This document shows positions 50,041 to 62,149 of a stretch of 64,000 bases of DNA, piece by piece. Source of the stretch: Takakia lepidozioides (Eukaryota > Plantae > Bryophyta); NCBI GenBank assembly GCA_030704615.1, contig CM060732.1, positions 54,002,001 to 54,066,000 of the forward strand. The letters are read 5' to 3'. Made by a program: the position numbers and the translations under genes. Position 1 is the stretch's first letter; the number at the start of each line of letters is the position of its first letter. The notes beneath the pieces are model-generated. The model was given only the letters and a program-made list of their open reading frames with translations, had not been told where the DNA came from and searched no databases.

Positions 50041-50274
50041 GAAAAAATTGAGTGTGTTGACGCACTCAGTTCTCGGGGGGGGGCCAAAAACCCGCCGGGT
50101 ACCCGGAGTGAAAATCCGGACCCGCACCTGTTGTCGATGATCATCCTGAAATCATGATCATGAAGAAATTGAGTGCGTTGACGCACTCAGTTCTCCCGGG
50201 GGTGGGGGGAGGAGAGGGAACCAAAAATAAAAATAAAAATAAAAATAAAATTGGTTATCATACAATCTGTCACA

Positions 50275-51184
50275 ATGAGATGTCGCCGAGAGCTGGCAAG
50301 CTACTTGAAAGCCTCGGGGATGCGGATTATCAAGACCTGGAACTGTGTCAACAGCCTATATCTGATGAAGGGGGATTGCCCAGGGCAGAAGGTGGGTTTC
50401 AAATACTTTGTTTTTATGCCTTCTTTGTTGAAGTTCCACTGTACTGACTGTTATGAAGTCATGCTGTTCGCACTGCCTGAATTGAGTGCTTCAGCGCACT
50501 CAGTTATGGCGGTGCATGAGCAATGACTATGAACCAGTTCCATCCGGAATGGGTCTGCACTCCCACCCAAATGTGCTATGAAACATTCCTCACTAATTAT
50601 TGTCCTCTTCATCGCAGACCCGTCTATTTGAGGCCGTTTGTCTCATGAGGGTACATCCACTGTCGACTCCCACCACAGTGGTGGAGTTCGAGCTTCATGG
50701 GGGATGATGTTTCATAAACGAGAGGTTCGATCCTGTCGTCGACGACATGCACTACAACTATGTCGACTCCAACGTATGTTTGCGAAAGCCAAATGGAACG
50801 CCTTGGAGAAGGGCCCGTGAAAAAAACCCGACTTTTATCCAAACGATCATTGAGAGTTGTTCTCGGCCAGGGGCCCGCATCATAGATCTCACTCTCGGCA
50901 CAAGTTTCTCTTCTTGCCTTTGTCATCGATTTCTTTTCTTCTGCACCTTCTTTACTCAATATTCTAAAACTCTAATTCCTTCAATCTGTCTCTTGTAGGC
51001 GCTTCTTACCATGTTTGCAAGGCAGGTGGCAGGCACTTGTTTGGTATGGAAGGAGATGCATATATTTTCACTGGCCTCCTCGCCGAGTTGCAAGGGGGCG
51101 CGTCTACCTCCAATGTAAAGGATGCCACTGCGCAAATTGATATCATCGATGGAGATGACAAGGACCTGGACAATGACTTTTCAT
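50275..51184 (+). pseudogene. Intron-containing N4-cytosine/N6-adenine (beta-class-like) DNA methyltransferase fragment. Exons ~50275-50391, 50618-50903, 50999-51184
   Basis: REKNPTFIQTIIESCSRPGARIIDLTLGT|SASYHVCKAGGRHLFGMEGD fits the motif X-I-II pattern K.P.....II...S.PG..V.D.F.GSG....A....GR...G.E.D. In-frame TGA at 50705. The catalytic xPPY motif is not seen (N-terminus missing). Confidence 0.65.
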
Positions 51185-53169
51185 GTGAGTAAGTTCATTT
51201 TCTGTCTATTTGATCCCTGTGTATATGCTCTGTCGCGTCCCCTTCTGTTGTCTGATTGTTACCCAAATGGTGCATTTCTGATTGTAGGAATGTGAACGCA
51301 CTCCCGTGGCCCCTGTCTTCCATATACTTGAGGGACTTGTGCTGGAGCCCACCTCCTAATTATGTCCTTCCCGATTACGCGGAAGACATTGCTCATGTGC
51401 AAGCAGCTGTGCTTTCTCCCCTACCCTTGCGTTAGAGTTCCAGGAAGACGCTCAGGTACCTCCGTGCAAAGGTCTTCATAGATGATAGTGCAGCAGTTTC
51501 AGGTGGTAGCAGTAGCAGTGTTGACACCACCTACGGATGTACTTGAGGGCATTCATTTATGGAACATGAGGGGACACACTCTCTATTTTCCGCTGCACCA
51601 CCATTTCTTTTCCCACCATCCGTTGTAATGAGCACGGACTACAATGAAATTCACAGACTCCAGCATTCCTGCTCATCGTGTCAACGGACAAGATCCACTC
51701 TTAAGGTCCTCAAACATCCACAAGGTCAAGTTGAATGCACAGGTCTCAGCCATGACCGTCTCCTTGCTGAAGCGGAAGCAGAATCTGTACATTGCCCAGT
51801 TTTGAAAGAGGAGAGGTGGCTGAGACATGTGGAGTCTGCCAGATCGCGTGGATGTTTATGGCGTTTAGGAGTGCATCTTCTCCATTGACAATTGAGGACA
51901 ATGATGACAATTCAGATATCAGTCTCATGTACTGTCACTTTATAAGTCCATTCTGCCGTGAGTCTGCAAGCATTGGGTCTGCTCCGTCAATGCTAGCAAT
52001 ATCCCTCTTCGGGCCTAAATATCATGTCGTTAGTCTGTTGAACCGTATGTATGCTGGAAGTCTGTCTGTTGGGATTTTAGTGGGTTGCACTTGTCACTTT
52101 CTAAGCCAGTTCTGCCGGAAGTCTGCTGGTGCAAAGTGGGAGAAAGTTGTGATTGAGGGTTGACTTTCCCTCAGTCTCTTCTCCCGTCAGTCTGCTGGCT
52201 TCTTCTCCCATCAGACTCCCGTCAGTCTGTTGAACCCTCCTTTGCTAGATACTCCTCTATGGATATCAGTCTATTGTGCCGCCAGACTCTTCGAAGTGGG
52301 ACTGTTCGACTTTCATGTTTACCCTCAGTCTCGTATACCGTCAATATGTTAAACGGTCGGTCAGGTGGAAGTCTGTCTCTTGGGATATGAGTCCGTTGCA
52401 CTGGTACTTTGCCACTAAATTGTTCCGTGAGTCCGTTCGCAGTGGGTCTTAGGCAGTCTATTATCTTCTTTCCGCTGGACCGCACTTTCATTTCGCTTTG
52501 TCATTGCCCGCCAGGCTGCTGAGCCATCGGTCTGGTGATCACTAGGTCTCTGGCTATATCATCACTCACGAGTAAGATTGGCTGCACGTGGGTCTGTTGA
52601 AGCCGTCATTGTCATCCACGCACGTCCGCCTACTGAACCTCGTCGTCCTTTTGGGGGGGGTGGATTGCTAAAAAAAAACCGTGAGCAGAAAATTCTGTGA
52701 GTCAGAATTCTGCTCACGCGCTTTTGGATGTGCTCACCTATAACCGCGGACACCTATTCGGCTTAGAGGACCTATACTTACCTGCGGGTAGTGCCAGTAT
52801 AAACATGCATATCAATTCATCGTTATGGATGAATTGACGGATGAATGATGGATGAATGGGCGATGAATGTATGTTGGACGAATGACATGGATGAATGTAG
52901 TTTGTGATTAATGCAGAATTAAAAAGCATTTTTGAGTAGTGGTTGCCAAATCCCCCGAGCTCCAGAGTGAACCTCTGTCACTGCATCGGTTTGTGTTGTC
53001 CTTCCTCACCAGGTATCCGAAGTCGAGAGAGATGCTGACACCCAATTGGCAAAGAAGGTGGAGAGGCCATTTGGTGCTTTAGTATAATCGTTTTGAAACA
53101 GCCGATTCATTCCGACGAAGAATATCCCTGCGACTGGGTCGGAGTCCAAACAAAGAGAGGATTTGTGCA

Positions 53170-55150
53170 GAGCTTTGTTGTCATGTCCTCTTCCATTGTC
53201 AAAATCCCTGCTGGGGTAAACGCCAGGTCTTTTGCTTGCAAAGCAGGGGTTGGGTTCATTTTGCAAGTTTTTCAATTTTATTTTTATTTTATTTTTCCCC
53301 GATGTGCAGATTAGGTGTCGTCAACGACACCTTAATCTACCTTATATCGGCTAGTCTTACTGGTGTGTTCTTTGGGTGAATGGCATCTACAAATTGCTCG
53401 GACCACATAATTTATGATTCGTTGTCTGTCATTCTTCCATGTGACCAGAAATTCATGCTGGGGAACGCTAGGTCTTTTACTTGCAAAGTAGGGGTTGGGT
53501 TCATTGCAGTTTTCCAATTTTTTTTTTTATTTTATTTTTCCCCGATGTACCAGATTAAGGTGTCGTCAACGACACCTTAATCTACCTTAATCTGGCTAGT
53601 CTTTTGGTGTGTTATTTTTGGGTGAATGGCATCTACAAATTGCTCGCCACATATTTATATTCGTTGTCATGTCCTTCTTCCATGTGACCAGAAATCCATT
53701 GCTGGGTAAACCTAGGTCTTTTACTTGAAAAGCAGGGGTTGGGATTCATTTGCAAGTTTTCCAATTTTTTATTTTGTTATTTTTCCCGAATGTGCCAGAT
53801 TAAGGTGTCGTCAACGACACTTAATCTGGCTGGGTCTTGCTGGTGTGTTATTGGGGTGAATGGGCCTCTCAAATTCTCGGACCCACATAACTTATGATTC
53901 ATTGTTCATGTCCTTCTTCTAATGTGAACAAAATCCATGCTGGGTTAACGGGCGTTTGCTTGCAGTCAGGGGTTGGGTTCATTTGCAAGTTTTCATATAT
54001 ATATATAGTATATATTTAATATATATATAGTATATATAATTTTTTTTTATTTTATAATTTTTCCCCGAATGTGCCAGATTTAAGGTGTCGTCACGACCCT
54101 TAATCCGGCTGGCTTTGGGTGTGGCTATTTGGGGTGAATGACATCTACAAATTTGCTCGGACCATATAACTTATGATTCGTGTATCATGTCCTTCTTCCA
54201 TGTGACCAGAAATCCATGCTAGGTAAATGCCAGGTCTTTGCTTGCAAAGCAGCAGGGTTGGGTTGATTTGCAAGTTTTCCACTATATATTATTATTATTA
54301 TTATTATTATTTTTCCCCGAAGGTGCCAGATTAAGGTGTGGTCAACGACCACCTTAATCTGGCTGGTCTTTTGGTGGTGCTATTTGGGATGAATAGCATC
54401 TACAAATTACTCGGCTTATGATTCGTTGTCATGTCCTTCTTCTTCCCAGGTGACCAAAAATCCATGCTGGATAAATGCCAGGTCTTTTGTTGCAAAGCAA
54501 GGGCTGGGTTCATTTGCAAGTTTTTCAATATAATATATAATAATAATAATTGAACTTTTTTATATTATTATTATATTATTATTATCTTATTTTCCCCGAA
54601 TGTGCCAGATTAAGGTTTCGTCAACGACACCTTAATCTGGCTGGTCTTTTGGTGTGCTATTTGGGGTGAATGGCATCTACAAATTACTCGGCTTATGATT
54701 CGTTGTTATGTTTTTCTTCCAGGTGACCAAAAATCCATGCTGGGTAAACGCCAGGTCTTTTGTTGCAAAGCGAGGGCTGGGTTCATTTGCAAGTTTTCAA
54801 AAAATAATAATAAAATTTTATTTTATTTTTTTATTTTATTTTTCCCGAATGTGCCAAATTAAGTGTCGTCAATGACACCTTAATCTGGCTGGTCTTCTGG
54901 TGTGCTATTGGGGTGAATGACATCTACAAATTGTTTGGCTTATGATTCGTTGTCATGTCCTTCGTGACCAGAAATCCATGCTGGGTAAATGCCAGGTCTT
55001 TTGCTTGCAAACAGGGGTTGGGTTCATTTGCAAGTTTCTTCCAAAAAACAAAAAACAAAAAAATAATATTTTTATTATTTTTTGTTTTTTCCCCTCTGAA
55101 TGTGCCAGATGAAGGTGGCGTTGATGCCAACTTAATCTGGCTGGTCTTCT
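53170..55150. repeat. Tandem array of ~245-280 bp units (8 copies), each with a long hairpin; nested in a segment bounded by GGATGA/TCATCC and CTGCTCACG subterminal repeats (~52680-55580)
   Basis: AGATTAAGGTGTCGT-CA-ACGACACCTTAATCT (perfect at 53552-53583) recurs near 53308, 53552, 53795, 54075, 54326, 54604, 54853 and 55104. The units include a variable AT tract. Confidence 0.92.
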
Positions 55151-55999
55151 GGGCCGGAATATTTAAGCTTCCGCCAAATTAAAAATACACTTATTTAAAC
55201 TCAACAACACATGGATCCCTGCGTAAATGTTGTTGCAGTCATCCATGGTTCACTCATCTGGGCAATTTTTCATCCGACACTCATCCAACATTCATCCAAT
55301 GTTCATCCATTCCCTTTTACGTTCATCATAGATACATTCATTCATTCGACAGCTTTTCATCGCACATTCGTGCCACATTGTCGTCATGAAGTCTGTCTGT
55401 CATCAGTCCAATGGAAAGAAGATTGCGCCGTTGTAGTGGAGTTTTTGTCCTCGGCAATAGACCCACTTGTTCCCTCGCTTTTAGGGTCCGCATCAATAAT
55501 CTGCTCACGCTTACAATCTGCTCACGCTTGGGGGAATCTGCTCACGGATAAGGGAATCTGCTCACGGGTTCTGCTCACGCCTTTGCTGCCATCTCTTTTG
55601 GGATATCAGTCTGTTTGAAATCAGTCTGTTGTCGCGCAAGTCTGTTTTCAGTGGGTCTGTTCAGCCGTCATTGTCATAAGGTGTAAGTCTGCTGGACGTA
55701 ATAAATACAGCGACAGCGGCAAGGATGCCCAGTCACAGAAGGACACGTCACCAGACTCGCCCCGCGGACTGTTTTTTTGTGGCAGTCTCTTCTTAGTCTC
55801 TTCGTTAGTCAGTTTTACCTTCCGTCTGCTGGACTGTCATTGCAGTGGCATAAGAAGTTTGTGGTGGGTATGTTGGTCCGTCTTTGTCTTCATGTGCAAG
55901 TCTGCTGGACATAGTAAGGGTGGCGACAGCGCAAACGATGCCCACTCATCCCTCGTCACGTCCTCAATCTCGTGTCTTTTAGGCCTCAGTCTGCTTCAG

Positions 56000-58631
56000 T
56001 CAGTCTCCTGTCGCTCTCTTCGCGGTCTGCCTCAGTCTGCTCTTCGTCAGTATGTTGAACCACCAGTCTGCTGGATTGACCGTGCAGTGGCACACGAGTC
56101 TGTCCGTGCATTTCACGCATGTGTTCCGCCGTCCAGGGCTCTCTAGAAGAGTAACATTGCATGCTGCAATGTCCCGTGCCGCAAGCACCAAACTGGAAAA
56201 TGTACTTTTCATGTTTATCATTTCGTATAAACCCATGTGTCTTCAAATGGATTGCGTACCAGTAGTGTGTTAGCACACGGCTAGTCAATTCCCCTATAAG
56301 CCAGTCCACTCTACGACGAGTCATCTTGCCTTTCCCCATGACAAGTCTTGCCTTCAGATTTCCATGGTATGCTTCAATGGTGTCTTGACTGGCATGAGGA
56401 ACATGGCGCGCTGTTGTAAACCACATTATTATTTTGGGAGCCCAGTACTGGTCGATATACTGAAGAAATTCCAGACCTTTCGGAGATTTCATCCTCATAC
56501 GACAGATTCTTCTTGCAACCCACCGAAGCGCTCTTTTAGGGTTCCGTGGTCCACCTCTACAGTACATGAGATCTCCCATATCCTTCAACAAATTTGCAGC
56601 GGTGATAAGATATTTTGTTTTCTTGCATGATTGCTTTGCCCAAGCCTTGCGGACATGCCAAAGGCACATGAATATGAGTACTCCGTCAAAAACAATTCTG
56701 TACAACACCCATGTACACATTAGACTCTTGAGAGGGGACTGCATCAGTGGGACTGTAAGAGTGGACTGTGCCGACGGACTGTATCAGTGGAGTGTGGTAG
56801 TGGACTAGAGCAGCGGATAAATATAATGGAGGGCCGTACTGGACAGTACAATGCAATGACTGGCTAGTGGACTGACCTAGTGGACCCCCCCAGTGGACAT
56901 TGTTGCCTAGTGGACTCGCCCAGTGGACAATACAATGCACTCCACTTACCAGGACAGCTGACCCACTTGACTTACCAGGATGACTTCACATTGGACTTGC
57001 CCGTCAGGTTGTTCCAGCGGACTCTATGAGCGGAGTGCAGCAGACTGCCACCCCACTGCCACCGGACTGAGCGGACTGCCAGCGAACTGGTCTACAGCAG
57101 ACTTAAGGAATAGCGTTTATTTCTACCTCGGCATCGTCCACAATGAAGGCATTGGGTCGCCAGTTCGGCATATCTACAAAGAATGAATCACGCAAGGCTG
57201 TCATCCACGGCACCAGGTCACTTGTCCGTTTCCTCGCGGATATGATATAGGCAACTGGTATACCGTTCAACCACTCATCGAAGACCATCAACGTGTACAA
57301 TGGGAACTGTTCGAATGGACAATGACAGATGGTCAGAGAATGCAAAGTCTGGCAAGTTGGGCATGGCCAGACTCGGTCTTTCGTAGAGGACACATGAAAA
57401 CATACAGAGAGGATCAACGATACTATGCTATCGTGCTCCCACAAGTCCATGGAATCGAGTGAATAATACCTTGTCATGATTTGTCCCAAAGGTTGCATCG
57501 CATGCAATGATGCGGGCATGTCCTAATTCCAGCATTCGTTGTTTTTGCCAAGGAGTCTGAATGCCAATTGTGAAGGTCAAATCTCCATCAAAATGCTTGT
57601 ATGTTGGCGCCAAATTCTCTTCTTGATAGAAGAAGACCGAGTCCGGGTTCTGGTCTTTCCACACAAGCACACTCTCCGCATCATCGGCGTGCTTTTTGAA
57701 GATTAGCCACGCCCGCTTCTCGGCAAGGTTGCGGACATCTTGCTCCAATAAGAAATCATCTCGTGTCCATGCATCTCCCAACCCGGTGTTGTTCATGACG
57801 TGCTCTTTATGTTCCATCATGATTTGGGCGACAGACAGGCCTTGGCACAAACATTCGACGACCCAAGCTTTCAATTCTTCACTAATGTGTGGTGCATAGG
57901 CATGGCGGGTGTTCCTGAACTCAGCCGCCTTCCCATGCGAGGCTTTCCCTTTTGGGTCTGTATGCTCCATGTTGTGTAGTACGTGAGGACACATATGTCG
58001 GGGGCGAGATAACTTTGCTAGACCTTAAAACAACATTGGCAACCACGCTTATAAGACTCTCCAAACTCGGACTTCTTTCTCCTTGGGCCTTTATGAGGGT
58101 GAGATGTTCCAGCACCCACAAGAGGTCCTTTACGCTTCAGTTTTGGATCCTCCCCTATTGCATTGTTGGTGCGCTTGTCATCCGGACCGTAGCAGCATTG
58201 ATACATGGACAATAAATTCAAAATCGATATCCATCACAGTAGGTGGGAAACAAAAATGGCAACACACATGCAATGATTGTACAAAAGGACTGTGAGGATG
58301 GTGCACACATGGTATTGTTCAGGAATGTGTTGCCTCTGGGCTCTTTTCGTATGCTGGGTTGCACTTTAGTATGGACACTAACCCAAAACTGAGTGGGGTA
58401 GTCCACCAAACTCTCCTCTCCAAGGATAAAGTCATCAACTCTATCCCAAGGTATGCAGGCCTTCTGAACATTCACTCGCACACCCATATACCCATATTGT
58501 GTCTCACTCTTTCAATGGAGGTCCTTCGTGTTGAAGGCTCCTAGTTTTGGTGTTTGCAAACATTGTCGAAGAGGCCGTATAGGCGGGCTTTCCGTTTCCA
58601 GTCTGTCGTGGCATTCTGCTTGCACATCCAT
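56000..58631 (-). pseudogene. Decayed MULE-type DDE transposase of the At1g60560/At4g13970 (MULE+SWIM) family, with introns
   Basis: IPWDRVDDFILGE; YQCCYGPDD; KRGCQCCF; SVFFYQE; FTIGIQTPWQ...IIACDATFGTN|FPLYTLMVFD...GIPVAYII; FIVDDA; CLWHVRKAW; DTIEAYH. Several in-frame stops and frameshifts (e.g. 58512, 58018). Confidence 0.88.
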
Positions 58632-59929
58632 GCCCTGTACAGTGCAGAGGACACGTTTCAAAACCTGCAAGAAACGCGTCGCAGTACCTTGGACAAGATG
58701 GACAACGTGCAAAAGCAACAATGCACACATTTAGGGTTCTGGCAAGTGGCAGGTGCCAGGGATAAGGTTTGGGTTTAGGCCCTAAAAATGGAGGGCTCAG
58801 ATGGGATTTAGGAACGGACTCATGGGCAGCGGACTGGCGGGCAGACTGACGGTGGACGTGAGGGGATTGGCACAGCGGACCGGCCGCGGCGGACTGGGGG
58901 CGCGGGCGCGCCACCGCTGAGGCCGCGCGTGGAGCGTGAATAGGGTGCCATAGTGCCACATCATCGTGGCCACGTTTCGTACGTCGTCAAATTTTTTATG
59001 TCTGCCCGGACTGCCCGAAAATAACCGTGCGAGGTTGTAGCGCGGGACAAGGTTCTTGGGAGAGTCAGCTGTGTTTCAATCTCTGCCTACTCGGCTCTGG
59101 AAAAGGGGGAAGAGTTGGAAAGTTTTGTCACACCCACAACTCGTTCAACAGTGTATGGAAAAATTTGTGGGCATGCTCTCTAAGCCTAATTTTGACATGG
59201 TGATCAAGCAGCGAGTCGAAAACTTGATCGGGCGCCGAGAGTACTTTGAGCAGGACCAGAATGGTCCGATCATCCTTAAATATATAACTTGAGGGTTACA
59301 TATTTTGCTCACTTCAGGTGTGACAATATCTATAGGTTTGTGAACACTTCCTAAATCAGGTGAGAATGTTGAACTCTTTCTATATTTTGACTGTGCTATC
59401 TTCATCCTCACAAAGATCTGAACCTTCTAAAATATGTAGGGTAATGGCTACATGTATAATATTCTGTACACTGCTGATTGGGTACAAAATTTGAGCGCTT
59501 CGTAAAATCGGGTGTGGAGGGTTCTTACCACCACGGTCTGCAGGCATACTTATCTTGCATGCCTCACCAACTGTGTAGTTTCTGCATCTCTATCATGCTT
59601 AAGGAAAAGGCATGAGATCCATAGGTTCCTTGAAGCTGCTACCTTGGGAATCCTACTGAAGTGGCAGTACTTGAGAGGTCATCGGCCATGCACCTTATAA
59701 TGACTCCATAAAGCATGGCAAAGCTTGTGAACCCTAGAGGTGTAGGGTTCTCCTTTTCTAGCGCTATGAACTGAACATTGTTGAGAGAACATTTTTCACT
59801 GTTAGCTCGAATGTATGGCCAATCCTTTCCTTCTCTCTTTTTAGGCCCTCGGCCTTTAGCATGTAGAGTGCACAAGAATCCTATTGAATGCAAGATGCTG
59901 CCTAGCGAGAGTAGTAAGCAGCACTATCT

Positions 59930-61300
59930 TGGAGCAAAAGATATGCGAAGGGGTGAAGCCCGACCACATCACATTTGTTTGTGGTTGCAATGCATGTGCA
60001 AGCTTGGGAGCTCTGGCAAAAGGGAAAAGGTCCATGGTGCCATCGTCAAAGCTGGAATTGCACCAGATGTCATCCTGAACACTGCCCTGGTGGACATATG
60101 CCAAATGTGGGTGGATCGTGAGGATGCGAAGGGAGTTTTCAACATTGTGGCTGAACGAGATGTGGTGTTGTGGAACGCGATGCTTGCAGGGTATGCACAG
60201 CAGGGGCACGGGATGGAGGCTTTGGAGACCTATGAACAAATGATGGGGGAAGTGGTGAAGCCCGACCACATCACGTTTGTGTGCGTTTGCAGTGCGTATG
60301 CAAGCCTAGCAGCCCTGGAAAAGGGCATGGGTGCATCGCCAAAGCTGGAATTGTACTAGATATGGTTATGAGCAATACCCTCGTGGACATGTATGCCAGA
60401 TGTGGAATGCGATGATCACAGGATATGCCCAACATGTTGTCATAGGGAGGTCCTGCAACTATTTGAAGTAATGCAAAAGAACGGCTTGAAGCTGGACAAC
60501 CTTTATATGTGTTCTCTCTGCATGCAGCCACACTGGCCTACTGAATGAAGGAAGACGCTACTGGGATTCCCTGAGTCAAGATCATGGTGTCACTCCGACA
60601 GTAAAGCACTTTGGCTGCATGGTGGACCTTCTTGGACGTGCCGGACAACTGGATGAGGCAGTGGACCTGAATAATAAAATGCCAATCAATCCAGATGTTG
60701 TGGTGTGGAAGGCCTTGCTTGGTGCCTGCATAATCCATGGCAATGTGGAGATGGCTGAACGTGCGGCAACATCTATCCTCAAGTAGGATGAACATGATGT
60801 CGCGACTTATGTGTTGCTATCAAACATCTATGCTGCAGCTGGCAGGTGGGATGATATTGCACAGGTGAGAAGAATGATGAAGGTGAGAGGGGTTAAAAAG
60901 GAGCCAGGTCGGTGCTGCATTGAGGTTGGCAACGGGGTGCACACCTTCGTTGTAGTTGACAAGTTGCATCTCAGAATTAAGGAAATCCATGCTGAGCTGA
61001 GAAGATTGTCTGGGCAGATGAAAGAGGTGGGGTATGTGCCTGACACGCACTTTGTATTGCATGATGTGGGGAGGAGGAAAAGAAATTTTATCTTTGCCAC
61101 CACAGTGAGAAGCTGGCCATTGGTTTTGGGCTGATCAGACGACCCCTAGGACACCTCTCCATCTCATCAAGAATCTTCGAGTGTGTGGTGACTACCACAC
61201 CTCCACCAAATTCATCTCAAAGATTGTTGGCCGAGCAATTGTTGTACGGGACGCTAACCGCTGTCACCACTTTGAAGATCTTGTGGTGAGTACTGGTGAA
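59930..61300 (+). pseudogene. PLS-PPR-E-DYW pseudogene
   Basis: Frameshifted PPR motifs; E2 (LLSNIYAAAGRWDD); KEPGRCCIEV; GYVPDT; CHHSEKLA (shifted frame); VCGDYH; ending GEYW* at ~61298. Confidence 0.92.
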
Positions 61301-61919
61301 AGGATGTTTTCTTGGAAAGATGCGAGTGTCTTGCTTCATTCATTGACCTGTGTAGCTACTCAGACCATCCACCATTTCCTGGGAGTATTGACCATCATGG
61401 GGTCTACCCGGCATAGGTGGGAAGTCAGCCCATAATTGCACTTGACTAAAAGGGTGTTTTTTGACTGATTCTGGTGACAGTGGATGGAACTCAGAGTGCT
61501 GTCCTAATTCTGGGTTTGGGTGGTGGAGCTTCTCCAAGGCTTGAAGCTGGAAGTGAATACGAATTTTAATGAGCTTGATGAGAGGGGCAGCCCTGTGCAC
61601 AAGTTTGTTCAACATCTTAAAGTTGGACATGTTTGTTTGTTTCTCGTGATGTGGCTTTGGATGGAGCCCTTGACGAACTTGTCAAAAGCTAGCCTTAACC
61701 CACCAAGATCCAATCCCATGGTGGCTGCTTGAAAGTTCATATAGTGATTGTAAGGGTATTTGGGTATGTTGTTATTGATTGATGCGGCTTGATTGCCTCA
61801 CACTATAACATCGGTTTGTGCATGTTGGAGTTCAAAGTTGGGGGTAACTACTTGAGCTGCCAATCTCAAACAATCCGAAAAACTGCTCCTCCTTGTGGAT
61901 CTACTGGTTTTTCTCTTTA

Positions 61920-61956
<37 letters not shown>

Positions 61957-62149
61957 CAGCTTGTAATTTTAGTTTTTGTTCCTGCAGGTTCTGAAGCATT
62001 TGTTGAATATGCATAGTCCTCCAGAACAAGCTTTGATCCTGTTGCCTCGCTGCTGTCAAGTGTGAATGGATTGAGGTGTCTCATCACGTGTGGAAGTGTC
62101 TGCATATTGGGCAGAAAAGGGGGTTCAACTCCCCCACACTTCTTGGCAG

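Larger units (their letters stand above)
45992..59049. mobile_element. Large Mutator-like (MULE) composite element
   Basis: GC-rich inverted repeats at ~46170-46395 and ~58771-58910 (e.g. CCTAAATCCCATCTGAGCCCTCCATTTTTAGGGCCTAAACCC and its reverse complement). Candidate 9-bp TSD AGGTTCTTG at 45983-45991 and 59050-59058. Internal MULE transposase. Exact ends are tentative. Confidence 0.75.

Noticed and set aside
53170-55150. CRISPR-like array of hairpin repeats
   Set aside because: Whole ~250-bp units are duplicated; only a low-complexity AT tract varies.
59056-59900. Coding-like fragments right of the MULE (also 44200-44450 and 61500-61630)
   Set aside because: Protein-like but short, interrupted and not assignable to a family by eye.
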